In this document: piece after piece, positions 10,624 to 20,414 of the stretch
How positions within the stretch are numbered: position 1 is the first letter of the stretch
How the letters are laid out: each line of letters opens with the position of its first letter
Source: a virus
Lineage: Duplodnaviria; Caudoviricetes
Direction: 5' to 3' (one strand)
DNA length: 64,000 nucleotides
Virus record (IMG/VR): IMGVR_UViG_3300011008_000999
Made by a program: the position numbers and the translations under genes
The notes under the pieces: generated by a model
Told to the model about the DNA's origin: nothing
The model's input: only the letters and a program-made list of their open reading frames with translations
Databases searched by the model: none

Positions 10624-10924
10624 ATTGCCAGTAATTATCTAATGTAAGTATTCCTACGACTATTTGAACTCCTATAAACAAAAATGGAATTATAGGATGC
10701 CATTTGTGAATTTTAATTTTATCTTTATATATATAAATGAATGATCTCACACAAATTACAATATATAAATATACAGTTGGCATATCTTTATTAAGATAAT
10801 AGCACAAACCATTAAAGAAATTGAATAGAAAAGTCACTAAAAATATATTTTTTGTTTTTTCTGTTGTCGCTATATAATATTGAATTATACATACGATTAT
10901 TTGTGTTAAGATCAATTTTATCAT
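10583..10924 (-). CDS. YgjV-like membrane protein, 3' end replaced by CRISPR repeat sequence
   Basis: Multi-TM sequence whose last codons read through repeat 1. Confidence 0.5.
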   Translation of the reverse strand: MIKLILTQIIVCIIQYYIATTEKTKNIFLVTFLFNFFNGLCYYLNKDMPTVYLYIVICVRSFIYIYKDKIKIHKWHPIIPFLFIGVQIVVGILTLDNYWQCFLCVGRGYSICN

Positions 10925-10947
10925 AATAATTTCCCTACCAAAATTTG

Positions 10948-11574
10948 TTATCGGTTATCACAGCTAACTAATAACAAGAATAAGTCTTTGTCTAAAGTAT
11001 CTGAACATAATATTTGATATGCGTTATATTTTGATTTTGCTGATCTATAAGGTCGATCTTCAGTCATAGCGTCATATCGATCACATAAAGATACTAGTCT
11101 AGTGGCAGTATCAATATCACGAAGATTGTCTGGATAACCAGTTCCATCACAACTTTCATGATGATGTAATACAATATCTTTAACTAAATCTGAGAAATGA
11201 ATTGGACATGCTGGTGTAGAAGATGCTTCTAACTCTAATAATTTATTATATCCTAGTTTTGGATGTTCCATAAGAATGCGAACTTCTTCTATAGTGAGCT
11301 CGTCCTTCTTATGAAGTACTTCTTTTGGAATATCCAACTTTCCGATATCATGTAATAATGCACCACGAATACAATCCATTTTATCATAGATTAAATCGGT
11401 TCTCATATCTTTACCAATTTGAGAATAACAAATTTCTGCTGTTAAATGCGCTACATTAAGTGAATGTCTAAATACTTCTGGTAATGTTTCAGACATTTGA
11501 TGCATAACTCTTGCTATTCCAGGTTCAACTAAGATTCTAGCCACTAGAAGATTAAGCGGATCTTGGTTATTCAT
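10948..11574 (-). CDS. HD-GYP domain phosphodiesterase
   Basis: HSLNV, LLHDIGK, HHE..DGTGYP, DRYDAMTEDRPYR. Confidence 0.88.
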   Translation of the reverse strand: MNNQDPLNLLVARILVEPGIARVMHQMSETLPEVFRHSLNVAHLTAEICYSQIGKDMRTDLIYDKMDCIRGALLHDIGKLDIPKEVLHKKDELTIEEVRILMEHPKLGYNKLLELEASSTPACPIHFSDLVKDIVLHHHESCDGTGYPDNLRDIDTATRLVSLCDRYDAMTEDRPYRSAKSKYNAYQILCSDTLDKDLFLLLVSCDNR

Positions 11575-11589
11575 GGTAATCTCCTAAAA

Positions 11590-11630
11590 TAAAAAATGGG
11601 TGCAAGCCCATGCAGACCTGCACCCATTTG
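11590..11630 (-). terminator. intrinsic terminator
   Basis: AAATGGGTGCAGGTC/GGCTTGCACCCATTT plus U-tract. Confidence 0.75.
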
Positions 11631-11651
11631 AATCATTGAGTTATTTATTTA

Positions 11652-12089
11652 TTACTCAGCCTTAGGAGCTTCTGCCTTGGGAACTACCTTTGTCTCCGGA
11701 GCAGGCTTAACAGCCTTCTTCTCAACCTTTGCAGCAGGATTAACTGCCTTCTTTGCAGCAGCTTCCTTTGCCTTAGCAGCGTCAGCCTTTGCCTTCTCAG
11801 CTGCCTTCTTTGCAGCTTCCTTTGCCTTAAGTGCAGCAGCCTTCTCAGCTTCCTTAACCTTAACTGTAGCAGCCTTTACTGCAGCCTTAGCAGCAACTGC
11901 CTTAGTCTTTGCTTTAGCGGCAACATCAGCAGCCTTAGTAGCTTCCTTATCGGCTACCTTTGCAGCAGCTTCTGCCTTCTTAAGAGCTTCCTGAGCCTTT
12001 ACAACTGCCTTGTCAACCACCTTTGCGGCCTTTTTAGCAACTGGCTTCTTCGCCTCAACCTTCGTAGTTACGTTTTCTGTCTTTGCCAT
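11652..12089 (-). CDS. Ala/Lys-rich histone H1-like protein
   Basis: Very high K/A content with AAKKA repeats. Start MAKTE after RBS. Confidence 0.6.
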   Translation of the reverse strand: MAKTENVTTKVEAKKPVAKKAAKVVDKAVVKAQEALKKAEAAAKVADKEATKAADVAAKAKTKAVAAKAAVKAATVKVKEAEKAAALKAKEAAKKAAEKAKADAAKAKEAAAKKAVNPAAKVEKKAVKPAPETKVVPKAEAPKAE

Positions 12090-12148
12090 AATTTTCTTCC
12101 TTTCAATATTAAAAGTTTTTGTGTTATTTATGCTAACCTCATAGAGGA

Positions 12149-12567
12149 TTAACAATCTACTATAAATCTTTTTAGTGACCAATCGCCACTATGATAAGTT
12201 AAAAGGCCAATTGGAATTTTCAAAGTTCCGACAATACTTGCAATTACTAACAATACTCGTGTATTTATTACACATGAACTTTTTTCTTTTTTAGCCTTTA
12301 ACTTATCTGTCCTGACATATACATCAGTAATATTAAATAGCTTTTCGTTAAGATTAGCAATATCAGGTATATTTTCTATTTTGAAATATCCTTTTTGCAA
12401 GTTATACGTTGCAATTGCTCGGCTATAATCTAAATCAAATGTTTGACATACTAATTTACATGCGTCTTCTAACTCTGATCGTAATCCATCTTTCATCTTT
12501 AATCGAAGAATAACGTTAGCAATATAATTGGTGCAAGTGATACCCACACAATAATTGTTTCAGTCAT
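12149..12567 (-). CDS. hypothetical protein, possibly frameshifted near the start
   Basis: GAGGAG RBS and ATG at 12567 is 2 nt out of frame with ORF 12149..12547 (GTGTGG). Confidence 0.45.
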
Positions 12568-12631
12568 TCTATACTCCTCTATTTACTCATTAAATAGCCA
12601 ATCATGACTATTTAATGAGCATTCTATATTT

Positions 12632-13135
12632 TTAATCGATCATCCATGCAAGATCAATAAGTCTCTTATAAGAACTATAATCATAAACTTCTTCAACTGG
12701 TTTATGTCTCACTTTTCTTGCAGTTAATTTCTTACAGTATTTCTGTATATTAGTGCTGTTTGCTCTTCTGAGTCTCTTAGGAATCTCAACGTATTCACCG
12801 CCATAATGTCTTTTTCTATCATGAGCAGGAATAACTTTTCTTTCAGTAACGAAAGGCATACGATAGGTTTTTTCAGAAATTTCACCATTATCATCTATAT
12901 ATTTGATGGTAATATATCTATACTCTTTCTTTTCCTCGACCTGTTCAGGAATATGATCAATTGCTATATGTCCTACATATTTTCTATCCTTGACTCAGTA
13001 ACCTCTAGCATAAGCATACTCACCATTTGCTGCCTTCTTAAATCTATCCTTCTTCTTCAATGCAGTTTCTTTTCTTCTAAGACTTGCAATAAGTTTTGAT
13101 TTCTTTACACCAGGGATAGCTTTTACTTTTGACAT
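12632..13135 (-). pseudogene. basic hypothetical protein with in-frame TGA
   Basis: ATG at 13135 with GAGGTG RBS. Frame is continuous to 12632 except TGA at 12995-12997. Confidence 0.7.
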
Positions 13136-13160
13136 AAATCGCACCTCTTATTTAATTATG

Positions 13161-13197
13161 TATTTTAATATGTCCATATTTAATTGTAAATAGTTTT
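13161..13197 (-). promoter_or_regulatory. class A promoter
   Basis: CTATTTACA-17 nt-TAAAAT. Confidence 0.6.
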
Positions 13198-13273
13198 TCT
13201 AAAAAATTTTAGAAACTTTTTAAGATTTAGCCACTTTAAGCCACTTATTATTTTAATTCATTTATGACTTAAC

Positions 13274-14146
13274 TTATTCTACTACATGAACTGTCTGATT
13301 ATAAGAACCACCATCAGTTGAAGTCCACTTAATTGTATAATCACCAGGCGCAGTAATATCTTTAGTAAGAACACCTGAGATTTCACCAGTACCATAGTAA
13401 TGTACATACTGCTTAGCCATATCTAATACTTCTGCAGAATGATTAGACATAGACCACTCAAACCACTCACCATTAATAATAGCTGCAGTAGTTTCCTCAG
13501 TAATAGTTACAGTAAATACGGCATAATTAAGAGGTACATAAGTTCCATCATCCATTAATCTAACCCAAGCACATGTGTAGACACCAGGTGTATTAAAGTC
13601 TACATTATCTATTACTGGGAAAGTATTAGGATATGCTGAAGTTCCTTTAGTAATTTCAGAAATTGCAGTATTGTAATCAACTCCTTTGGGAAGAACTACA
13701 CTATGGCATTTAGAAACAGCTAATCCTGAATAAGGATCTGGTTCTGCAATAGAGATTTCAATTGAATCTGATACCTCATCTATAGAAGCTATAATTGTAG
13801 CAGTTCCATAGTTTACTATTTCAATCATACCTGTTTCATTTACAGTAATAACTGATTCATCGCTAGTAGTCCAGATAACTTCCTTATTAGTAGTATCTTC
13901 TGGTAAAATAGTTACGTCTAACTGCAAGATATCACCTTTACGTAATTTATCTATTTCACCAATTTTGATTGATTCTGCAGTAATAACTACTTCTTCAGGT
14001 TCTTCTTCAATTATTTCTTCAATAGGTTCTTCCTCAACAATAACCTTGTCAGGAATTGGATCAGTGATTTTATGCTCAACATTAGAACAACCAGCTAAAC
14101 ATAAAACACATGATAGAACTGCGATAGATGCAAATGTCTTTTTCAT
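13274..14146 (-). CDS. lipoprotein with Big_2 Ig-like domain
   Basis: Lipobox LAGC. ILPEDTTNKEVIWTTSDESVITV..G..GTATIIAS. Confidence 0.8.
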   Translation of the reverse strand: MKKTFASIAVLSCVLCLAGCSNVEHKITDPIPDKVIVEEEPIEEIIEEEPEEVVITAESIKIGEIDKLRKGDILQLDVTILPEDTTNKEVIWTTSDESVITVNETGMIEIVNYGTATIIASIDEVSDSIEISIAEPDPYSGLAVSKCHSVVLPKGVDYNTAISEITKGTSAYPNTFPVIDNVDFNTPGVYTCAWVRLMDDGTYVPLNYAVFTVTITEETTAAIINGEWFEWSMSNHSAEVLDMAKQYVHYYGTGEISGVLTKDITAPGDYTIKWTSTDGGSYNQTVHVVE

Positions 14147-14187
14147 AGTCTTTCTTAAATTCCTTTCTGTTTATACTCCCTAATTTT

Positions 14188-15270
14188 TTATGGCTTAAAA
14201 TATTTGGTATTTTCTGAGTTAGAGTCTGGTGTGATTTTCAATAAATAATTTGCATCTTTAGGAATTTCATACCAACCTTCACCTGAAGTCCAAATAGTGC
14301 CAGCTTTTACATTTATCATTTCTGGTGAAATATCACGTAATGTGTACTGTAAATTCAAATATCCTTTAATTCCTGCACCATCGTCTTTAATATTACAGAA
14401 AGTAATCGGAATTTGAATATCAGTAATTCTATTTCCATTCATAGTAAAGCTACTTGGGAAAAATACTGAATATCTATATACCGCCCATTGACAATCAACT
14501 TCATGCTGTAAATAAACTTTCTCATTTCGATGCGCTATATCTTTACTATTATTATAGTCTTTGATTACATTATCAGCTAAATAACCAGTTTCTACCTCAG
14601 TTATACTTATACATATAGGTTCGTAATCATCAACTGCTGGATTATAGACCATAGTACTAACCCATTCACCAAGTCTTGCAGGTGATTCTAGACTACCTTC
14701 TACTATTACACTTTGATCTTCTAATGGTAATGGAGCTTCACACTCTTCATTAACCATAAATGAAAGATTCTGCAATGCATCTTCTATAGAAAGTGGTTCC
14801 TTTGAAGTATTTACAATACTCATACCTATAGTATACTTATCTATTTCAGTATAAAATACTCGCATATAAGTATTAGGATCATCTGCTAAAGAGGCATTAG
14901 AAATAGTCCAGCTATCACTAACTCGACTACAATCATGTGCAATACTAAAATTGTCATCATTTAATTCGAACACTGAAACAGTTTTATTTACATTACCTTC
15001 AGTATCTTTTCGCTTAAATTCACCAATATAGTATTTATTATCTTGAATTAGTAAGACTGACGGATCAGTAGATTCAAAATCACTAGTCAAGTTGAGCGCC
15101 AATAAAATATTATCAGTGAATTGATTATACTCAAGATCATATTCATGACAATCAAATCTTGCTACTTGAATTTGAGGTTGTTCTTCTATAAGTTCAGTAG
15201 ATTCTTTAGAACAGGCACATAAGCCTAATACTAAAGATAAACAACCTAAAATTGCTATCCACTTTTTCAT
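14188..15270 (-). CDS. lipoprotein
   Basis: MKKW.. signal peptide, LCAC lipobox. Confidence 0.7.
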   Translation of the reverse strand: MKKWIAILGCLSLVLGLCACSKESTELIEEQPQIQVARFDCHEYDLEYNQFTDNILLALNLTSDFESTDPSVLLIQDNKYYIGEFKRKDTEGNVNKTVSVFELNDDNFSIAHDCSRVSDSWTISNASLADDPNTYMRVFYTEIDKYTIGMSIVNTSKEPLSIEDALQNLSFMVNEECEAPLPLEDQSVIVEGSLESPARLGEWVSTMVYNPAVDDYEPICISITEVETGYLADNVIKDYNNSKDIAHRNEKVYLQHEVDCQWAVYRYSVFFPSSFTMNGNRITDIQIPITFCNIKDDGAGIKGYLNLQYTLRDISPEMINVKAGTIWTSGEGWYEIPKDANYLLKITPDSNSENTKYFKP

Positions 15271-15308
15271 AATACATTTTCCTTTCAAAATAAAAAACAG
15301 GAAAAGTA

Positions 15309-15569
15309 TTACTTATCTTCTCCTGTTAAGAAATAATTTGGATAATTCTGTTTAGTTTCGTTAATATACTCTTTAATCTTTTCTACACAAAGTTGAATAT
15401 CTTTATCAACTTCCATTCCACCCTCGTATAAGATTAGTTCGGCACCAGCATAAACTAGACTATAGAATGTATCTGGATCTTCTGCTACTGGAATTCCTTG
15501 TCGTTTTAACTCAGTAGCTAACATATTTGCAATGGTTGTACACTGCAAAGTGTTTGAAATACTTGCCAT
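15309..15569 (-). CDS. hypothetical protein
   Basis: GGAGG RBS before MASIS. Confidence 0.6.
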   Translation of the reverse strand: MASISNTLQCTTIANMLATELKRQGIPVAEDPDTFYSLVYAGAELILYEGGMEVDKDIQLCVEKIKEYINETKQNYPNYFLTGEDK

Positions 15570-15573
15570 CTTT

Positions 15574-16068
15574 TTAATCCTCCATAACTTTTTCCATGAC
15601 ATAATGTGATCTAAATTCATCGTTCATGTGCATATAAATATTTACAGGAAGTTCAAGATGTTCGCCAGTATCTCTATCAACTAATGCAAGAATATGTCCA
15701 CCATTAACAGTATATGATGTACCGTCTATAGAAATTTCAAACATTTCATCTTCACCAGTATGTAATTCTTTTACCTTACGTGGTTGTCCATTCTTACCTA
15801 TTACTACGTCACCTAATTTGACGTCTTTAGCAAGTTTAATTCGTGAACCTACTGGATAGTTTTCATCATTTGAAAATTCTTCAATAGTGAAATTTCTTTT
15901 TACTCGTTTTCCATCAATAAGGTCAACAAGATGATGCTTCCTATATATATTTTTAATTAAATAGTCTTTTACCGTGATTACTTTTTTAATACCAAATCTA
16001 AAAAGTGATAAGGTATAATTTTCATCTGCGACAATAAAACTATCATCATCTAATGAGATCTTATACAT
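15574..16068 (-). CDS. stand-alone middle piece (IntM) of split intein A
   Basis: IKLAKDVKLGDVVIGKNGQPRKVKELHTGEDEMFEI..SYTVNGGHILAL is Hint block N2 plus block B. Lacks block A and blocks F/G. No extein. Confidence 0.85.
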   Translation of the reverse strand: MYKISLDDDSFIVADENYTLSLFRFGIKKVITVKDYLIKNIYRKHHLVDLIDGKRVKRNFTIEEFSNDENYPVGSRIKLAKDVKLGDVVIGKNGQPRKVKELHTGEDEMFEISIDGTSYTVNGGHILALVDRDTGEHLELPVNIYMHMNDEFRSHYVMEKVMED

Positions 16069-16070
16069 TT

Positions 16071-17433
16071 TTAACGTCCTTTCACTGGAAACCTAAAATC
16101 TATACTATAATATCCTTTAAGTTTATTTCTAGCATATCTACTACATCTAATTTTTCTTATTGCTTTAGATTCTATTTGACGAACTCTTTCTCTAGTTACA
16201 CCATAATGTGCAGCTACTTGCTCAAGAGTTCTAGGAATTCCATCAGTCAATCCAAATCTAAGTTTAATTATTTTCTTTTCTCTATCATTAACAAGAACTG
16301 TGTCTACTACATCTCTTACAAGTTCTTTTAACTCACTTTTCAGCAATTCTTCTTCTGGTGTAGGCTCTTGTGATGGAATAAAGTCACATAAAAGCGAATC
16401 TTCTTTATCTTCACCAGTACCAACTGGAGTATATAATGAAACTATATTACCTTCATAAGTAGACTCATATAATCTAAGAGTTGGAATATCCATAGATGTA
16501 ATAGATGTACTAGCAAAAAGTTTATTTTCGTTAATGTAATCTACTAATTCTTGTTCAGTACATGCTCTATCAAGTTTTCTCTCTAGATCTAATTTTGACT
16601 GTCTATTCTTAACTGCTTGCTCTACTGCGTGTATTGGTAGTCTAATAGTTCTACTATCATTTCCTAAACCTCTAAGAATAGATTGTTTAATCCACCATGT
16701 TGCATAAGTGGATAGTTTAAATCCAAGACTAGGATCAAATCTTTCAACTGCTGTGATAAGTCCCATATTACCATACTAGACTAAATCCATAAATGATAGT
16801 GCAGGTGTTACATAATGTTTAGCAATAGATACAACTAATCGTAGATTTCCATTGATAATTTTATTCTTAACTTCAAGTTTTCCTGTATTTACAAATTCTA
16901 TAGCTAATGCATATTCTTCTTCAGGTGTAAGCATTGGATATTTGCCTATATCTGAAAGATATTGTTTTACACCATCAACTGCACAATAGTCAGGTATTGT
17001 ATCTAGATCTATATCTTCTACATTTTCTACTTCGTATTCATCTGTATGTTCTTCGTCAGGATCAGATTCTACAATTTCTTCAATGGTAAATCCTAACTGT
17101 TCTATATATCTAATAAATAATTGTAATCGCTTAGCTTTAACTGCTTTTGCTATAGCCGCAATGTCAATATATTTATTCTCGCTTGCGTTATTACATAATT
17201 TTTTAATAACTTTAATATCTGCTTCATCAAAGTTATATTTCGATATTTCATTGTTTTCAGTAATTACAATGCCTTTTTCTGTAAAGTAATGGACAGCATT
17301 AATGTGCTGCCCATCAGTTCTAAAATGTGAATTTTTTGTCTACTTCGGCTATAAGAACTGAATAATCTAATGAATTATCCTTAACTAAATTTTTTTCAAT
17401 TGATTGACATTTTTTAATTAAGTCTTTATTCAT
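16071..17433 (-). pseudogene. RpoD-like sigma70 factor, disrupted
   Basis: NLRLVVSIAKHY, DLV*YGNMGL (TAG at 16776-16778 where Gln is expected), [21 protein letters not shown]. Also a +1 frameshift near 17320. Confidence 0.85.
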
Positions 17434-17448
17434 TATTAGCTCTCTCCT

Positions 17449-18705
17449 TTATTCTTCGAACAGACAGCTTATTCGCTCAGTCAGACGGATTTTTCTCTTA
17501 GCCTTATATTCGATCTGACGAATACGTTCTCTAGTAACACCATAGATTTGTCCAACCTGTTCAAGTGTCATAGCTTCACGTCCGCCAAATCCGTATCTTA
17601 ATTTTAATATATTTGCTTCTCGTTCAGTTAAGAAATTTTTGAATACATAGTTAAATTTATCAGCTAGATCATTTCTTTCTACATTTTCAGTTACACTAAG
17701 ATCTTCACTAGGAAGAAAATCTTCTAAACATGACTGTTCGCCATGATCTTCTTCACCTATAAGTGTATTTAACGAAACGGCATTAGTCATATTATAATAA
17801 CCTAGATATTCCTTAACTTTTTCTGCTGTAATAGTCTTATTATTAGAATTAGTTTTAACTACCCAACCGTTTTTATTACAGAGATCCGCAATTTCTTTAT
17901 AATCAGGTATTGTTTCATTATTACCTGCACTTTGAAGTTCTCTAATTGCTCTATGAATATATCTTAACTGCTCTACAGCATGTACTGGAATTCTAATTGT
18001 TCTGCCTTCATCTGCAAGAGCTCTAGTAATAGCTTGTTTAATCCACCAAGTAGCGTAAGTAGAAAACTTAAAACCACGAGCTGGATCAAATTTTTCTACA
18101 GCTTTTATTAGACCAATATTACCATTCTGAATAATATCATCAAATGTAAATGATCCATTTCTTGCAAATACATATCTTTTAGCTATACTAACTACTAACT
18201 TAAGATTATACTCTACTAATGCATTTCTAGCATCTATATCACCACTTTGTGCTTTGAGCGCTAAATCTTTTTCTTCTTCAGAAGTAAGTAGTTTATTATC
18301 ATGTATTTCAACAATATCTTTAAGATACTGCTTAACAGCATCTACAGATACATAATTTTCACCAGAAGATTCTATATGATCTAATTCTTCATCAGTAGGT
18401 TCATTTTCTACATCATTTATTCTTTCAGCATAAGATTCAATAGCATCTTCTTCTATTGCATCCATAAGTTCTTCATCAAGTTCTTCAGGAAGCTCAGTAG
18501 ATTCTGGTTCCTCTTCTTTTAATTTAGGCATTACAATAGTGATCTTATGTTTCTTAAGATAGTCTAATGCATTTGGAATAGTGGTACTGTAGCTAAATAG
18601 ATCTTTATTTTTCGCTATCTCGTTTATTATATCACCATAAAGAAGAGTATGATTCTTAGCCTGCTTTATTAACTTGTCACACTTATTTTTAAGCTTTGAA
18701 TTCAT
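17449..18705 (-). CDS. RpoD-like RNA polymerase sigma70 factor
   Basis: [52 protein letters not shown]. Confidence 0.92.
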   Translation of the reverse strand: MNSKLKNKCDKLIKQAKNHTLLYGDIINEIAKNKDLFSYSTTIPNALDYLKKHKITIVMPKLKEEEPESTELPEELDEELMDAIEEDAIESYAERINDVENEPTDEELDHIESSGENYVSVDAVKQYLKDIVEIHDNKLLTSEEEKDLALKAQSGDIDARNALVEYNLKLVVSIAKRYVFARNGSFTFDDIIQNGNIGLIKAVEKFDPARGFKFSTYATWWIKQAITRALADEGRTIRIPVHAVEQLRYIHRAIRELQSAGNNETIPDYKEIADLCNKNGWVVKTNSNNKTITAEKVKEYLGYYNMTNAVSLNTLIGEEDHGEQSCLEDFLPSEDLSVTENVERNDLADKFNYVFKNFLTEREANILKLRYGFGGREAMTLEQVGQIYGVTRERIRQIEYKAKRKIRLTERISCLFEE

Positions 18706-18740
18706 ACTATCACTCTCCTTTCTATTTATACCATTTTATA

Positions 18741-19613
18741 TTATTTATCATTATAACCTGTTTCTTCATCATCGTAAATAGTTTTTTCATTAAACAATGA
18801 CATATCATCTGAATCAATCAATTTACCTATTACAATGAGACGTCCATTAGTAACATGATAAGCACAAGTAGATAAGGTAACTAATTTATCACCATATTTG
18901 ACATCACCAATACCATCTGTCTTATATAATGATTTGCTTGCTATCCATTTAACATATTCATCAAATTCTTCTTCAGTACAATCTACTACTTCCCAATAAG
19001 GAAATGCACCTTCATTGACATGTGTTAAACATACACCAATAATCTCGTAGGTACCAGTTCTATAGATAGTATCAAAAGTAAAAGTCTTATGATTTTTGTA
19101 AAAATCTTGTTTCTGGAATAATGTCAAATGATTAAACATTGTTCCGGCTCTCATGTGATGTCCATAAATAACTATATTGTCAGAAGGTCTTTCAATATTT
19201 GATGCTGAATTACAGAAAGGCACACCTGCATATTCATATTTCTTATAGAAGTTTCTATGTAAATAGTATTCTTCATCTCCAGGTGTTTGCATTACTGGAT
19301 AATCAATATTAGTACCTTCTACAGTTAACCATCCTACAAAATCATCATTTTGTTCTATTAACTTACTAAAATCTGGTTTAGTACGAACAGCTAACTCATG
19401 TCCATTATTTCCATATCCTAAATCTGTTTTATCTCTAGGAGTATCATCATCAATTGGCACTTCTACAATAAGATCCTTAAGATCCTGTAACTCACTTGAT
19501 GCTTCATGAGTATCATGTAAATAAAGATATATATAAGTACCAACAGTTGAAATTATAAATAGTCCAATAAATAGAAATACATAAGGGACTATATCTCTAA
19601 TTTTGTTTTTCAT
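18741..19613 (-). CDS. srtB: class B sortase
   Basis: N-terminal TM, GTNIDYPV, IYGHHM, TLSTC, GRL. Confidence 0.88.
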   Translation of the reverse strand: MKNKIRDIVPYVFLFIGLFIISTVGTYIYLYLHDTHEASSELQDLKDLIVEVPIDDDTPRDKTDLGYGNNGHELAVRTKPDFSKLIEQNDDFVGWLTVEGTNIDYPVMQTPGDEEYYLHRNFYKKYEYAGVPFCNSASNIERPSDNIVIYGHHMRAGTMFNHLTLFQKQDFYKNHKTFTFDTIYRTGTYEIIGVCLTHVNEGAFPYWEVVDCTEEEFDEYVKWIASKSLYKTDGIGDVKYGDKLVTLSTCAYHVTNGRLIVIGKLIDSDDMSLFNEKTIYDDEETGYNDK

Positions 19614-19628
19614 AATCTCCTCGACCTC

Positions 19629-20408
19629 TTATTTAATTATACTTAGAATGTTCTCATCTAAGTACTGCTTACAACCTTCTTTAAGTTCTTCAGGAACTCC
19701 ATAGAAAGCTTCTGCAATAGCACCAGTAATAGCACCAATAGTGTCACTATCACCACCCATAGAAATTGCAATTCTAATTGCATCTTCAAAATTTTTACTT
19801 TCTAAAAATGATTCAATAGCAACAGGAATAGTTCCCTGGCACGAAACATCAAACTTATATTTAGGTCTTACAAAACCACATCTATGTAACTTATATTTTA
19901 AGGTACCTTCAATATATCGTTTGATTTCTCTTTTTCTATGACCAGTTCTAGCTAAATATACTGCACCTGCTGCAGCTTTTGCACCTCTGATTCCTTCAGG
20001 GTGATTATGTGATGGATTAGCTGAATATTCTGCCATCTTTTCTACTTCTTCAATAGAATCAAACATCCATCCAATAGATGATACTCGCATTGCAGATCCA
20101 TTTCCCCAGCTATTATAAGGTTGAGGATCTTCGCTAAATATCCATTCACAGAATCTTCCACCATATCCAGCACCAGGATATTGTTTACCCCATTTCTGCA
20201 TGGATTCTGTAAAACATTTTTCTATATCCGCTTGTTCAGTTAAATTCTTATTTTTGATTTCTACACAAGCTTCATAGATTGCAAGTGTCATTACAGTATC
20301 ATCTGTAAATCTGTCTTCATAATTGAAGAACTCAAAGTCCTTTCCTTTATAGTCGTAACTTTCAAATCTACTTCCGGCAATATCACCAATAGCTGCACCA
20401 AATAACAT
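19629..20408 (-). CDS. ADP-ribosylglycohydrolase (DraG/ARH family)
   Basis: GAAIGDIAG, FTDDT, SWGNGSAMR, GGDSDT. Confidence 0.92.
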   Translation of the reverse strand: MLFGAAIGDIAGSRFESYDYKGKDFEFFNYEDRFTDDTVMTLAIYEACVEIKNKNLTEQADIEKCFTESMQKWGKQYPGAGYGGRFCEWIFSEDPQPYNSWGNGSAMRVSSIGWMFDSIEEVEKMAEYSANPSHNHPEGIRGAKAAAGAVYLARTGHRKREIKRYIEGTLKYKLHRCGFVRPKYKFDVSCQGTIPVAIESFLESKNFEDAIRIAISMGGDSDTIGAITGAIAEAFYGVPEELKEGCKQYLDENILSIIK

Positions 20409-20414
20409 ACTTTT

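Noticed and set aside
16776-16778. TAG at a conserved Gln position suggesting stop-codon recoding (code 15), and in-frame TGAs suggesting code 4 or 25
   Set aside because: Many genes clearly end in TAG or TGA, in-frame TAA and frameshifts also occur, and long genes are open in code 11. Pseudogenisation or sequencing error fits better.
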